Shown one piece after another: positions 38,527 to 47,763 of a stretch of DNA of 64,000 nt (positions within the stretch are counted from its first letter, which is position 1; every line of letters starts with the position of its first letter). A model generated the notes under the pieces. That model made no database searches and was not told the origin of the DNA. It saw only the letters and a list, made by a program, of their open reading frames with translations. The DNA lies in assembly GCA_963767165.1 (NCBI GenBank), contig CAVYCV010000008.1, positions 41,978-105,977 on the forward strand, written 5' to 3'. The position numbers and the translations under genes were made by a program. This DNA comes from an uncultured Chloroflexia bacterium. GTDB taxonomy: Bacteria; Chloroflexota; Limnocylindria; Limnocylindrales; CSP1-4.

Positions 38527-39585
38527 ATGCCGACTCCGACCGAACGAGTGCGTGCAGGAGTTCCCGTGGCCAACGACATGTCTCGCGATCCCCGGACGTC
38601 CCTCCCCGCGGCGATCGCCGCGGTCGCCGGCGCCAACGACCTCGACGCCGCGCTCGAGGCGATCCTCGCGGCCGCTGACGCGGCCTTCGCGCCCCTGATG
38701 GGAGCGGTCGCCCTGGCGGACCCGGACCGCGCCGGCCTGCAACTCGCGGCCGCGCACGGCATCGACGACGCGGGCCGGCTGAGCCTCGCGACCGCGATGG
38801 CCGATCCCACGCATCCGTTCAGTGAGGCGACGACCAGCCGAGGCGCGACGTTCGACCGGCAGGCGACCACCCAGGCGGGTGCCGACTTCGTCGGAGCGTA
38901 CCTGCCACTGCTCGTGTCGAGCGGCGGCATCGAGGTGGCCCTCGGCGCCATCGGGTTCGGGTGGCCCGCCCCGCACGAGGTGGGTGACGCCGACCGCGAG
39001 GCACTCACGGCATTTGCCGCGTTGGCTGCGATGGCGGTCGACCGGGCGCGACTCGCCTCCACCGCTGCGGAGCGGTCCGAGTGGTTCGAGCGCATGGCGC
39101 ACAACGACCCGCTGACCGGTCTCGCCAACGAGCGAACCGTCGGGCGGATCCTGGAGCTGGAGCTCGCGCGGGCAGCCCGTCAGGGCGGCACGGTGTCGTT
39201 GGCCATGTTCGACGTCGACGGCTTCAAGGCCACCAATCGCGACGGTGGCTTCGCCGCCGGCGACGACGTCCTGCGGCGCGTCGCGGCCGTGCTCGCCGAA
39301 TCGGTCCGGCTCGTCGACACCGTCGGGCGGATCGGTGGCGACGAGTTCGTGCTGATCGCGCCCGGTTCGGCCGGCCTGACCGTTGCCCAGCGCGTCCTCG
39401 ACGGCATCGCGGCACTCCCGGCCGTGGCCGGGCAGACGGTGTCCGTGTCGGCGGGCGTCGCCAACTTCCCTGCTGACGGCGCCGACGCCGATTCGCTGAT
39501 CGCGTCGGTGACGGAGGCGCTCGACCGCGCCCGCTCGGGCGGCGGCGGCAATGTCGCCGTGACGGAGCCCATCGTCGAGGGCTGA
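38527..39585 (+). CDS. GAF-like sensor diguanylate cyclase (GGDEF)
   Basis: Active-site RIGGDEF, upstream HNDPLTGLANER. N-terminal about 170-aa GAF-like region. Confidence 0.8.
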   Translation: MPTPTERVRAGVPVANDMSRDPRTSLPAAIAAVAGANDLDAALEAILAAADAAFAPLMGAVALADPDRAGLQLAAAHGIDDAGRLSLATAMADPTHPFSEATTSRGATFDRQATTQAGADFVGAYLPLLVSSGGIEVALGAIGFGWPAPHEVGDADREALTAFAALAAMAVDRARLASTAAERSEWFERMAHNDPLTGLANERTVGRILELELARAARQGGTVSLAMFDVDGFKATNRDGGFAAGDDVLRRVAAVLAESVRLVDTVGRIGGDEFVLIAPGSAGLTVAQRVLDGIAALPAVAGQTVSVSAGVANFPADGADADSLIASVTEALDRARSGGGGNVAVTEPIVEG

Positions 39586-39630
39586 CCCGGATCCGACTCC
39601 GGCGCCGGCGCTTGACCGCGCCTCCGGGCG

Positions 39631-40470
39631 CTATCCGCTCGCAGGCACCACTGTCCCGGCCGAGACCGGGGACGACGATGGGGCTTTCGCTCCGGGACCC
39701 GGCTCGAGCGTGAGCGCGAGGACCGCGCCCGGCTCCGCTGTCAGGCCGGCTCCCGTGTAGAACGCCGTTCCGGAACTCCCCACGGGCACGCCACCGAGCG
39801 GCACCGGAACGCCGTCGGCGCCGATGACCCAGGCCTCGTAGACCTGGTCGCCGGACGTCGGAGCGAGGTCGCGGACCGCCATCGCCATGTCGCCGGACGG
39901 ACTCATCGCGGCAAGGCCACGCGGTCCCCCACTGGCCGTGGGCGCGAGCACGGCCGTGAACGAGCCCGGCTGGCTGGCGACATCGAGGACCACCGCGACG
40001 TCGTCCTGGTACGTTCGTGCCGTCGCGAGCTGGCCCTGGAGCAGGAGGTTCCAGGCGCCGAGGAGCCCGATGACGAGGACGGCCGCGATCCTGATCGCCC
40101 ACGTTGCCGGGGAGGTCGTGCGCGTGGCACGGGCGGCGCGCTCATCCGCGTCAGGGAACGGCGTCGGCTCCGTGACCGGGGTGACCGGCGGCAACCCGCC
40201 ACCCGATCGTCGGGCCTCGAGGTCGGCCGCCGCGGCCGCAATGATCCGTCCCTTCAGCGCGGGCGAGGGCTCCACCTGCGGCACCGACGCGCCGAGCACG
40301 GGCAGCACCGATCCCGCCTCCGCGATCTCGACGTGCGCGTCGGCACACGACGCGAGATGAGCGCGGACCGCGGCGGCCTCCGCCGGCTCGAGCGCATCCA
40401 GGACGAACGCACCGGCCAGCTCGCGGACGTCGTCGCAGGTGAGCTCGGTGGGGCGCATCGGATCGGTCAT
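39631..40470 (-). CDS. rskA: anti-sigma-K factor RskA-like (zinc-binding anti-sigma domain plus membrane/periplasmic domain)
   Basis: HLASCADAH HxxxCxxH motif, central TM helix, RskA-type C-terminal domain. Overlaps the sigma gene. Confidence 0.7.
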   Translation of the reverse strand: MTDPMRPTELTCDDVRELAGAFVLDALEPAEAAAVRAHLASCADAHVEIAEAGSVLPVLGASVPQVEPSPALKGRIIAAAAADLEARRSGGGLPPVTPVTEPTPFPDADERAARATRTTSPATWAIRIAAVLVIGLLGAWNLLLQGQLATARTYQDDVAVVLDVASQPGSFTAVLAPTASGGPRGLAAMSPSGDMAMAVRDLAPTSGDQVYEAWVIGADGVPVPLGGVPVGSSGTAFYTGAGLTAEPGAVLALTLEPGPGAKAPSSSPVSAGTVVPASG

Positions 40471-41096
40471 GTCGTGCCCGCCTCAAGGCCGTCGCGCTCG
40501 ACGGCTTCCTCGCCGGTCAGCGAGCGGCGCATCGCGAGCAGCCCGAGCCGCATGCGGCTCTTGATGGTCCCGAGCGGCGTCCCGGTCCGGGTCGCGATCT
40601 CCTGCTGGGTCAGCCCGCCGAAATAGGCGAGCTCGATGGCCTCGCGCTGGACGTCCGAGAGCGCCGCGAGCGCGCCGCGAACGGCCTCCGCGTCCAGTCC
40701 GGCCGCGACCTCGGCCCAGACGTCGGGCAGGGTCAATGCGGCCGGCGGGACCTCCTCGCGCTCGGGCAACTGGGTCGTCGGCCGGCGGCGGCGGATGGCG
40801 TCGATGGCGCGGTGGTGCACGATCGAGAGCAGCCAGGTCTTCACGCTGCCACGACCCTCGATGTAGCGGGCGGCATTCCGCCACGCGCCCAGGAAGGCGT
40901 CCTGGACGACATCCTCGGCGAGGGTGACATCGTTGGTGATCCGGTAAGCGATCGAGTAGGCCATCGTCCTGTATCGGTCGTACAACTCTTCGAGAGCGTC
41001 AAGGTCCCCGTCCGCGATCCTCGCGAGCACGGCTCGATCCGCCTCGTCGACTGGCGTGGCGGTTCGGAGTCGCAGCGGCGCGCGATCGTCGCTCAT
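40467..41096 (-). CDS. sigK: ECF RNA polymerase sigma factor (SigK-like)
   Basis: Sigma70 regions 2 and 4 (DVVQDAFLGAW...; LTQQEIATRTGTPLGTIKSRMRLG). Confidence 0.85.
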   Translation of the reverse strand: MSDDRAPLRLRTATPVDEADRAVLARIADGDLDALEELYDRYRTMAYSIAYRITNDVTLAEDVVQDAFLGAWRNAARYIEGRGSVKTWLLSIVHHRAIDAIRRRRPTTQLPEREEVPPAALTLPDVWAEVAAGLDAEAVRGALAALSDVQREAIELAYFGGLTQQEIATRTGTPLGTIKSRMRLGLLAMRRSLTGEEAVERDGLEAGTT

Positions 41097-41782
41097 GTGG
41101 TGGTGCGTTGCGGCCGAGGTTTCGGTTCACCCGCACGGAGCATCCGGTCAACGGCGATCGCGGCGGCCGAGGCCACGTCGTCGGCCGGCTGCGACGCATC
41201 CACGACCGCGAATCGAGCCGGCTCGGCGACCGCCATCGCGAGGAAACCCTCGCGCACGCGTCGATGGAAATCGAGATCGAATTCTGCCTCGAACCGCGTC
41301 ACGTCACCGGGCGCCTTGCGCGCCAGGCCGGCCTCGACCGGCAGGTCCAGCAGGATCGTCAGGTCAGGCGTCAGGCTACCGGTGGCGGCCGATCCCAGGG
41401 CGCGCAGCTCGTCGAGCGGGACGCCCGCGCCATATCCCTGGTATGCCAGGGTCGAGTCCGCGTATCGAGCGCAGACGACCGTGCGCCCGGCCTGGAGCGC
41501 CGGATCGATGACCTCGCTGACGAGCTGCCGGCGGGCGGCGTTGAAGAGAAGAGCGTCGGTCAGCGGGTCCTGCCTGGCCGTCGACGCGGTCCGGGCCAGG
41601 AGCAGCTCGCGCAGCCGCTCGCCGAGCCACGTCCCCCCGGGCTCGCGGGTCAGGTGGACGTCGTGGCCGGCCGCCTGGAGGTGCGCCGCAAGGCGCTGGG
41701 CCTGTGTCGTCTTGCCGGCCCCATCCGGCCCTTCGATGGTGATGAACCAGCCGCGGCGGACCGGTGTCCCGGGACGAGTCAC
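41093..41782 (-). CDS. tmk: thymidylate kinase
   Basis: P-loop FITIEGPDGAGKTTQ, DRY-like ARYADS, lid region. Confidence 0.85.
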   Translation of the reverse strand: MTRPGTPVRRGWFITIEGPDGAGKTTQAQRLAAHLQAAGHDVHLTREPGGTWLGERLRELLLARTASTARQDPLTDALLFNAARRQLVSEVIDPALQAGRTVVCARYADSTLAYQGYGAGVPLDELRALGSAATGSLTPDLTILLDLPVEAGLARKAPGDVTRFEAEFDLDFHRRVREGFLAMAVAEPARFAVVDASQPADDVASAAAIAVDRMLRAGEPKPRPQRTTT

Positions 41783-41880
41783 CGCCCGAGTGTAGCCGAC
41801 GGCGACGTGCCGACCGGACCGCGGCAGATGGGTGGGCGACGGCTCATCCGTTCTCGTCGCGAGCGCGTACCCACGCCACG

Positions 41881-43585
41881 ATGGGACGTCGACGCGGTCA
41901 CCTGCCGCTCCCCCGAACCGTGATCCGAGCCGTGCTGGCGGCGTCGGTGGCGGCCGTCCTGGTGCCGGCCATCGCCCTCGCGCATCCGCTCGGCAACTTC
42001 ACGATCAACCACTACGCGGGCGTGCGGGTCGAGCCCGATCGGATCCTGCTCGATGTCGTCATCGACCAGGCCGAGATCCCGACCTTCCAGGCGCGGCTCG
42101 ACCTCGACACCGACGGGGACGGCCAGGTCTCCGACGAGGAGCTCGACACCGGGCGGACGGTCCGCTGCGACGATCTCCGCGGGTCCCTCGACCTGCGCGT
42201 GGGTCAGGTTTCCCAGACCCTGACGCTCACCGAGGCGGGGCTGGCGTTCCCGCCGGGCGCCGGTGGCCTCTCGACGATGCGCGAGGTCTGCGGCTTCCAG
42301 GTGGACCTCGCGGCCCCGCTCAGCAGCGGCGCGAGCGTCACGTTCGCCGACACCTCGTACGCGGAGCGGCTCGGCTGGCGCGAGATCCTCGTCGTCGGCT
42401 CGGGCATGAAGGTCGCGCTGGCCGATGGTGGCGTCCTCGCGACCGCGAGCGTCTCGGAACGGCTGACTGACTATCCGGCCGACATGCTCACGCGGCCGCT
42501 GGCGCAGACCTCGATGTCGGTGGTCGCGACCGTCGGCGGGCCGACGCTGCCGCCATTCGCCATCCCGGACGCGAGCCCGATCGACGGGACCGGGGGCGCC
42601 GGCCCCGTCTCGGCGGCCGTTTCGGATCCCGTGGCGGTGGCCGGTGTCCCCGGCGGTGTCGGGACAGGGGACCTGCCCTCGATCTTCCGCTCAGCGGACC
42701 TGACGCCGGTCGTCCTGCTGGTGTCTCTGCTGACCGCGGCGGGGCTCGGGGCGGGCCATGCCCTGACCCCCGGTCACGGCAAGACGCTGATGGCGGCGTA
42801 TCTCGTCGGGACACGCGGACGTCCCTTGCACGCCCTCGGACTCGGGCTGTCGGTGAGTGTGTCGCACACCGTCGGGATCCTCGTCCTTGCGGCGCTCGTG
42901 CTCGGGGCCCAGGGCGTGCTCGCGCCGGACCTGGTCGTTCGCGCGGCGCCGGTCGTGGCGGCCATCTCGATCGTGGCCATCGGTGGCTGGATGCTGTTCA
43001 GCGAGCTGCGGCGACGGCGGCGACTCGCGGCATCGGCGGCCGCCTCGGCCGGGCATGCGCACACGCACGACGAGCACGAGCACGCGCATGACCATGCGGA
43101 CGAACACGACCACGACCACGCCCATCACGGACATGCACAGGACGCCGACGCGGACCCGCACCCGCACCCGCCCGCACGCCCACCCGCACGAGGAGCCCCC
43201 CGGCGAACACAGTCATGGCGGCGTCCGCCACAGCCATCTCCCCCGTCCGGGCTCGGCGATCACGTGGCGCAGCCTGTTCGTCCTCGGCCTGGCCGGCGGC
43301 CTGATCCCCTCGACGAGCGCACTCCTGATCCTCCTCGGCTCGATCGCCGCCGGCCGGCCGACCTTCGGTTTCGTGCTGGTCGTCGCGTTCGGGGTCGGGA
43401 TGGCGGCCGTGATGTCCGGGGTCGGGCTCGCGATGGTGTTCGCCCGTGGCCGTCTGGAGCGCGTCGGCTCGGGCTCGCCGCTCGGTCGCGTGACCACATA
43501 CGTGCCGCTCGCCGCGGCCGTGCTGGTCTTCACGCTCGGGCTCTACCTCACGGCCCAGGCGGTCGGCGGCGCTCAGACGCTCTAG
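41881..43585 (+). pseudogene. rcnA: Ni/Co efflux transporter (RcnA/NicO family) with N-terminal periplasmic domain; +1 frameshift inside a His-rich (CACCCG)n loop
   Basis: N-terminal signal peptide and HPLGNFTINHY domain, NicO motif HALTPGHGKT, His-rich loop HAHTHDEHEHAHDHADEHDHDHAHHGH. The C-terminal half (HSHGGVRHSHLP...GLAGGLIPSTSALLIL) continues in the +1 frame from about 43171. Confidence 0.6.
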
Positions 43586-43772
43586 GCATTCGCGGGCCAT
43601 TTCCGGCAGATGACACTGAGGCGGTCGTGCGTCAGCGAGAACCTGTCAGATGGCGCCCCACCCGAGCACATGACGGAAATCCGAGCGATGGGCCGCGCCC
43701 GCCACGCTCAGGACCATGCGGTCGACCCTCGCGGACGGTGACGAATGACCGGGCGAGTGTCATCTGACGGGA

Positions 43773-43836
43773 ACGCGGGTCCAACGCGGGTCCAACGCGG
43801 GTCCAACGCGGGCCGGCAACGCAGGCCGGCAACGCG
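43773..43836. repeat. short tandem repeats: (ACGCGGGTCCA)x3 then (ACGCRGGCCGGCA)x2
   Basis: Seen directly in the rcnA-tldD intergenic region. Confidence 0.7.
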
Positions 43837-43938
43837 ATTCGCGCACCGCGCCAGGGCACCCGGCCGGCGACCGATACTTTCGATACGGCATCCGCCGTAA
43901 TGGCCCCGAGTCGCAACCCTCTGCTAGGCTGCGCCGGC

Positions 43939-45387
43939 ATGCGAGAACTCACCGATCGCGCCCTCGACACGGCCTCCGCCCTCGGGGCGAGCTATGCCGA
44001 CACCCGTGTCGTCCGCCGACTCGACGAGAGCGTCTCGATCAAGACCGGGCGCGTCGAGGGCGTCGCCTCGGGCGAGAGCGAGGGATTCGGTGTCCGCGTC
44101 CTTGTCGACGGGGCGTGGGGCTTCGCCGCCAGCCACGTCCTGACCGCGGCAGAGGCGGACCGCGTCGCCGGCGAAGCCGTGCGGATCGCCCGCGCCTCCG
44201 CCACGGCCCTGCGCGAACCCGTCGTCCTGGCGGACCGGCCACCCGCAAAGGGCCGTTTCGAGACCCCCGTCGAGGAGGACCCGTTCACCGTCCCGCTCGA
44301 CCGCAAGATCGCCGACCTGCTGGCCGCGGACACCGCTGCGTCCAAGGTCAAGGGCATCGCCTTCACCGAATCGATGTACGCGGCCCAGCGCGAGTGGAAG
44401 ACCTTCGCCGCCACCGACGGCAGCTTCACCGAGCAGGTCATCACCCACGTCGGCTCGGCCATCGAGGCCAACGCCGTCGACGGCGACGAGCACCAGCGTC
44501 GCTCGTACCCGGACTCCGGCGGCGGCTGGAACGCGGCCGGCTACGAGTTCATCCGGAGTCTCGGCCTCGCTGAGCGTGCCGAGCCGCTCGCCGAGGAGGC
44601 GGTCGAGCTCCTGACAGCGCCCCAGTGCCCGTCCGGGCGGTTCACGATCATCCTCGCGCCGTCCCAGCTGTACCTCCAGGTCCACGAATCGTGCGGCCAC
44701 CCGACCGAGCTCGACCGGGTGTTCGGGACGGAAGCGTCGTACGCCGGCACCAGCTTCCTGACCACCGACAAGCTCGAATCGGGCTTCCGGTACGGCTCCG
44801 ACCTCATCGACATCGTCGCCGACGCGACCGCGCCCGGCGGCATGGGCACCTTCGGCTGGGACGACGAGGGGGTCGAGGCGCAGGCCGTGCCGCTCGTCAA
44901 GGACGGCATCTTCGTCGGCTACCTCACGAGCCGCGAGACGGCACCGCGCATCGGGCGGACGAGCGGTGGCGCGATGCGCGCGGACGGCTGGAATCGGATC
45001 CCGCTCATCCGCATGACGAACATCAACCTGTTGCCGAAGCCCGGCATGAGCCTCGACGAGATCGTCGCCGACACCGACGACGGGCTCTACCTCGCGTCCA
45101 ACCGCTCCTGGTCGATCGACGACCGACGCCTGAACTTCCAGTTCGCGACGGAGGTCGCCTACGAGATCAAGGGCGGGAAGAAGGGCCGGCTTTTCAAGAA
45201 TCCGACCTATACCGGCATCACGTACGAGTTCTGGCGTTCCTGTGACGCCGTGGGCGACGCCAGCAGCTACGTGATGCTCGGGACGCCGAACTGCGGCAAG
45301 GGCGAGCCCGGCCAGGTCGGCCACGTCGGTCACGCCGTCCCGGGTGCGCGCTTCCGGAACGTCCAGGTCGGCGTCGGCAAGTGGTGA
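43939..45387 (+). CDS. tldD: TldD-family metalloprotease
   Basis: HESCGH motif, PmbA_TldD fold. Paired with a downstream paralog. Confidence 0.8.
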   Translation: MRELTDRALDTASALGASYADTRVVRRLDESVSIKTGRVEGVASGESEGFGVRVLVDGAWGFAASHVLTAAEADRVAGEAVRIARASATALREPVVLADRPPAKGRFETPVEEDPFTVPLDRKIADLLAADTAASKVKGIAFTESMYAAQREWKTFAATDGSFTEQVITHVGSAIEANAVDGDEHQRRSYPDSGGGWNAAGYEFIRSLGLAERAEPLAEEAVELLTAPQCPSGRFTIILAPSQLYLQVHESCGHPTELDRVFGTEASYAGTSFLTTDKLESGFRYGSDLIDIVADATAPGGMGTFGWDDEGVEAQAVPLVKDGIFVGYLTSRETAPRIGRTSGGAMRADGWNRIPLIRMTNINLLPKPGMSLDEIVADTDDGLYLASNRSWSIDDRRLNFQFATEVAYEIKGGKKGRLFKNPTYTGITYEFWRSCDAVGDASSYVMLGTPNCGKGEPGQVGHVGHAVPGARFRNVQVGVGKW

Positions 45388-45403
45388 GCGCCGCGGTGAC
45401 CCG

Positions 45404-46756
45404 ATGATCGACGACCGCGCCCGCGACGCGCTGAAGCTCGCCGAGGCCGCCATCGCCTACGCGGAGCGCGAAGGCGCGACCGAGGCCGAGGCGCTCGTCA
45501 TGTCCGACGAGGCCGCGCTGACCCGGTTCGCCAACAGCCAGATCCACCAGAACGTCGCCGAGAGCAACGCCGTCGTGAACCTGCGGTTCGTCGTCGGCAA
45601 GCGGGTCGGCGTCGCCTCGAGCGGTCGGACCGACGACGAGGGCCTGCGCCGCCTCGCCGCCAACGCCGGGGCGATCGCGCGGGTCGTGGAGGAGCTCGAG
45701 GACTGGGGTGGCCTGCCCGGCCCGACCACGGCCGAAGACGTCGAGGCGGGCTACAGCGCCGCGACAGCGGGCGCGAGCCCCAAATCCCGGGCCGAGGGTG
45801 TGCGCCAGGTCATCGCCGCCGCCGACGCGGCCGGCGTCACCGCCTACGGCTCGTTCTCGACCGGCACCGAGACGGTGGCCGTGGCCAATTCGAAAGGCGC
45901 CCGCCAGCTCGGGACCCGGACCGTCGCCCAGCTCCTGACGGTCTCGATGGGGCCGGACGGCGGCAGCGGCTACGCGGAGACCTCGGCCGTCGACAGCACC
46001 ACGATCGACGCCGCCGCGCTCGGCAAGGAGGCGTCCGACAAGGCTCGGGCCACCGCCAACGCGGTCGCCGTCGACGCCGGTGACTACCCGGTCGTCCTCG
46101 AGGAGTACGCCGTCGTCGACATCCTCGACATGCTCGGCTACCTCGGCTTCAGCGCCCTGGCCGTGCAGGAGGGCCGGAGCTTCGTCGAGATCGGCAAGCG
46201 CATCGGCAGCGACCTGGTGACGATCACCGACGACGGGCGGGACCCGGCCGGCCTGCCGTACGCATTCGACTTCGAGGGCGTCGCCAAGCAGCGCGTGCCC
46301 CTCGTCGAGTCCGGCCTGTGTCGGGGTGTCGTCTACGACTCCCAGACCGCGGCGCGCGACGGTGTCGCGTCGACCGGCCACGGGCTCCCGGCGCCCAACT
46401 CGTACGGCCCGTTCCCACTGAACATGGTCATGCACGCCGGGAACGTGGCGCGCGACGAGCTCGTCGCGGGGCTGGATCGCGGCCTGCTCGTCACCCGCTT
46501 CCACTACACGAACCCGGTCCACCCCAAGCTCGCCATCGTCACGGGCATGACCCGCGACGGCACGTTCCTCGTCGAGGACGGCAAGGTCGTGGCGCCGGTC
46601 CGGAACCTGCGGTTCACACAGAGTTACCTCGATGCGCTGACCGGGACCGTGGCGGTCGCGAGCGACCGACGGACGCTCAAAGGGTTCCTCGGGGGTGTCG
46701 TCGTGCCGGCCGTCCGCATCGACGGCTGGACCTTCACGGGCACGACCGAGCACTGA
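45404..46756 (+). CDS. pmbA: PmbA/TldE-family protein (TldD partner)
   Basis: TldD/PmbA family paralog immediately downstream of tldD. Confidence 0.75.
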   Translation: MIDDRARDALKLAEAAIAYAEREGATEAEALVMSDEAALTRFANSQIHQNVAESNAVVNLRFVVGKRVGVASSGRTDDEGLRRLAANAGAIARVVEELEDWGGLPGPTTAEDVEAGYSAATAGASPKSRAEGVRQVIAAADAAGVTAYGSFSTGTETVAVANSKGARQLGTRTVAQLLTVSMGPDGGSGYAETSAVDSTTIDAAALGKEASDKARATANAVAVDAGDYPVVLEEYAVVDILDMLGYLGFSALAVQEGRSFVEIGKRIGSDLVTITDDGRDPAGLPYAFDFEGVAKQRVPLVESGLCRGVVYDSQTAARDGVASTGHGLPAPNSYGPFPLNMVMHAGNVARDELVAGLDRGLLVTRFHYTNPVHPKLAIVTGMTRDGTFLVEDGKVVAPVRNLRFTQSYLDALTGTVAVASDRRTLKGFLGGVVVPAVRIDGWTFTGTTEH

Positions 46757-46809
46757 GCGGTACTAATGTGCGGTTTCGGGGCTGCACGACCGACCGATAG
46801 GCTCTCTCG

Positions 46810-47694
46810 ATGAACGACATCTGGGTCTGCGCGACCTGCAACTCGGTCAACCGCCAGCGCTCGTCTTCCTGCTACAAGTGCCATGCGCCACAGGAACAGG
46901 CGACCGGTGCGATGGCCGATCACCGCATCGAAGCAGCGGTGATCCAGCGCACGGCGTCGCGCTACCGGAGCTCGTGGCTCCTGTTCGTCATCGCCTCGAC
47001 CTTGATCGCGGCGGTGGCCGTGTTCGGGATCGTCCTGCTCGTCGCGAGCCTCGCCGACGTGCCGTGGTATCGCGACCAGCTGGCCGCCATCGCGAACGGC
47101 GCGACCGTTGACGAGGCGGCGCTGGACGCACGCTCCGCGCGCCTCGCTGGTCCCGGATTCGCTCATTTCGTCCTCGCCGCCCTGGCACTGCTCGCATTCG
47201 CGACATGGCTCAGCCGGGTCATCAGCAACATCCCCGTGCTGGGCGGCGGGACTCCCGGCACCTCGCCGACGAAGGCATTCATCTATCCGCTCATCCCGAT
47301 CTGGAACCTGATCAAGACGCCGGGCATGATCCAGGACGCGCTCTACCGGCTCGATCCGCAGGCCGGCGGCTTCTTCATGGTCCTCATCGCCTGGATCGGT
47401 CTCGTCGGCAGCTGGCTCGTGTCGTTCGTCGCCGGATGGGTCCTGAGCGCCAAGCTCGTCGGTGACATCGTCGCCGCCGAGACACAGGCCGCTCTGGGCG
47501 ACGCGCTCCGGGGCTTCTTCGACACCAGCGTCGCGGTCGAGGTCGCGACGAACGTGATGGTCGCCGGAGGCGCGGTCGTGCTGATCCTGGTCATGGCTCG
47601 CATCGAGCGCCGCGCGCGCCACCGCGACGCCGAGATCCGGGCGCTGACGCTGGCGGCCCTGCCGCCCCTGCCAGAGGTGGCAGCCGAGGCGTAG
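46810..47694 (+). CDS. zinc-ribbon plus DUF4328-type membrane protein
   Basis: N-terminal CATCNSVNRQRSSSCYKC ribbon, 4 TM helices. Confidence 0.5.
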   Translation: MNDIWVCATCNSVNRQRSSSCYKCHAPQEQATGAMADHRIEAAVIQRTASRYRSSWLLFVIASTLIAAVAVFGIVLLVASLADVPWYRDQLAAIANGATVDEAALDARSARLAGPGFAHFVLAALALLAFATWLSRVISNIPVLGGGTPGTSPTKAFIYPLIPIWNLIKTPGMIQDALYRLDPQAGGFFMVLIAWIGLVGSWLVSFVAGWVLSAKLVGDIVAAETQAALGDALRGFFDTSVAVEVATNVMVAGGAVVLILVMARIERRARHRDAEIRALTLAALPPLPEVAAEA

Positions 47695-47763
47695 GTCGCC
47701 GTCCGGCGAACGCGCCGGTCGGGTACGCTCGCGGTCCTGAGCAGCCGACTCTTCGGAGGACCG

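Noticed and set aside
36667-39102. 811-aa minus-strand ORF spanning the Nudix, DinB_2, intergenic and GGDEF regions
   Set aside because: Only the last 165 codons (Nudix box) look like protein. The upstream part is R/G-rich and runs antisense through the regulatory region and the GGDEF gene. Split into real genes.
43773-43836. Possible CRISPR-like array (short tandem repeats)
   Set aside because: Units of 11-13 bp are directly adjacent with no spacers, far below CRISPR repeat/spacer dimensions, and no cas genes are nearby.
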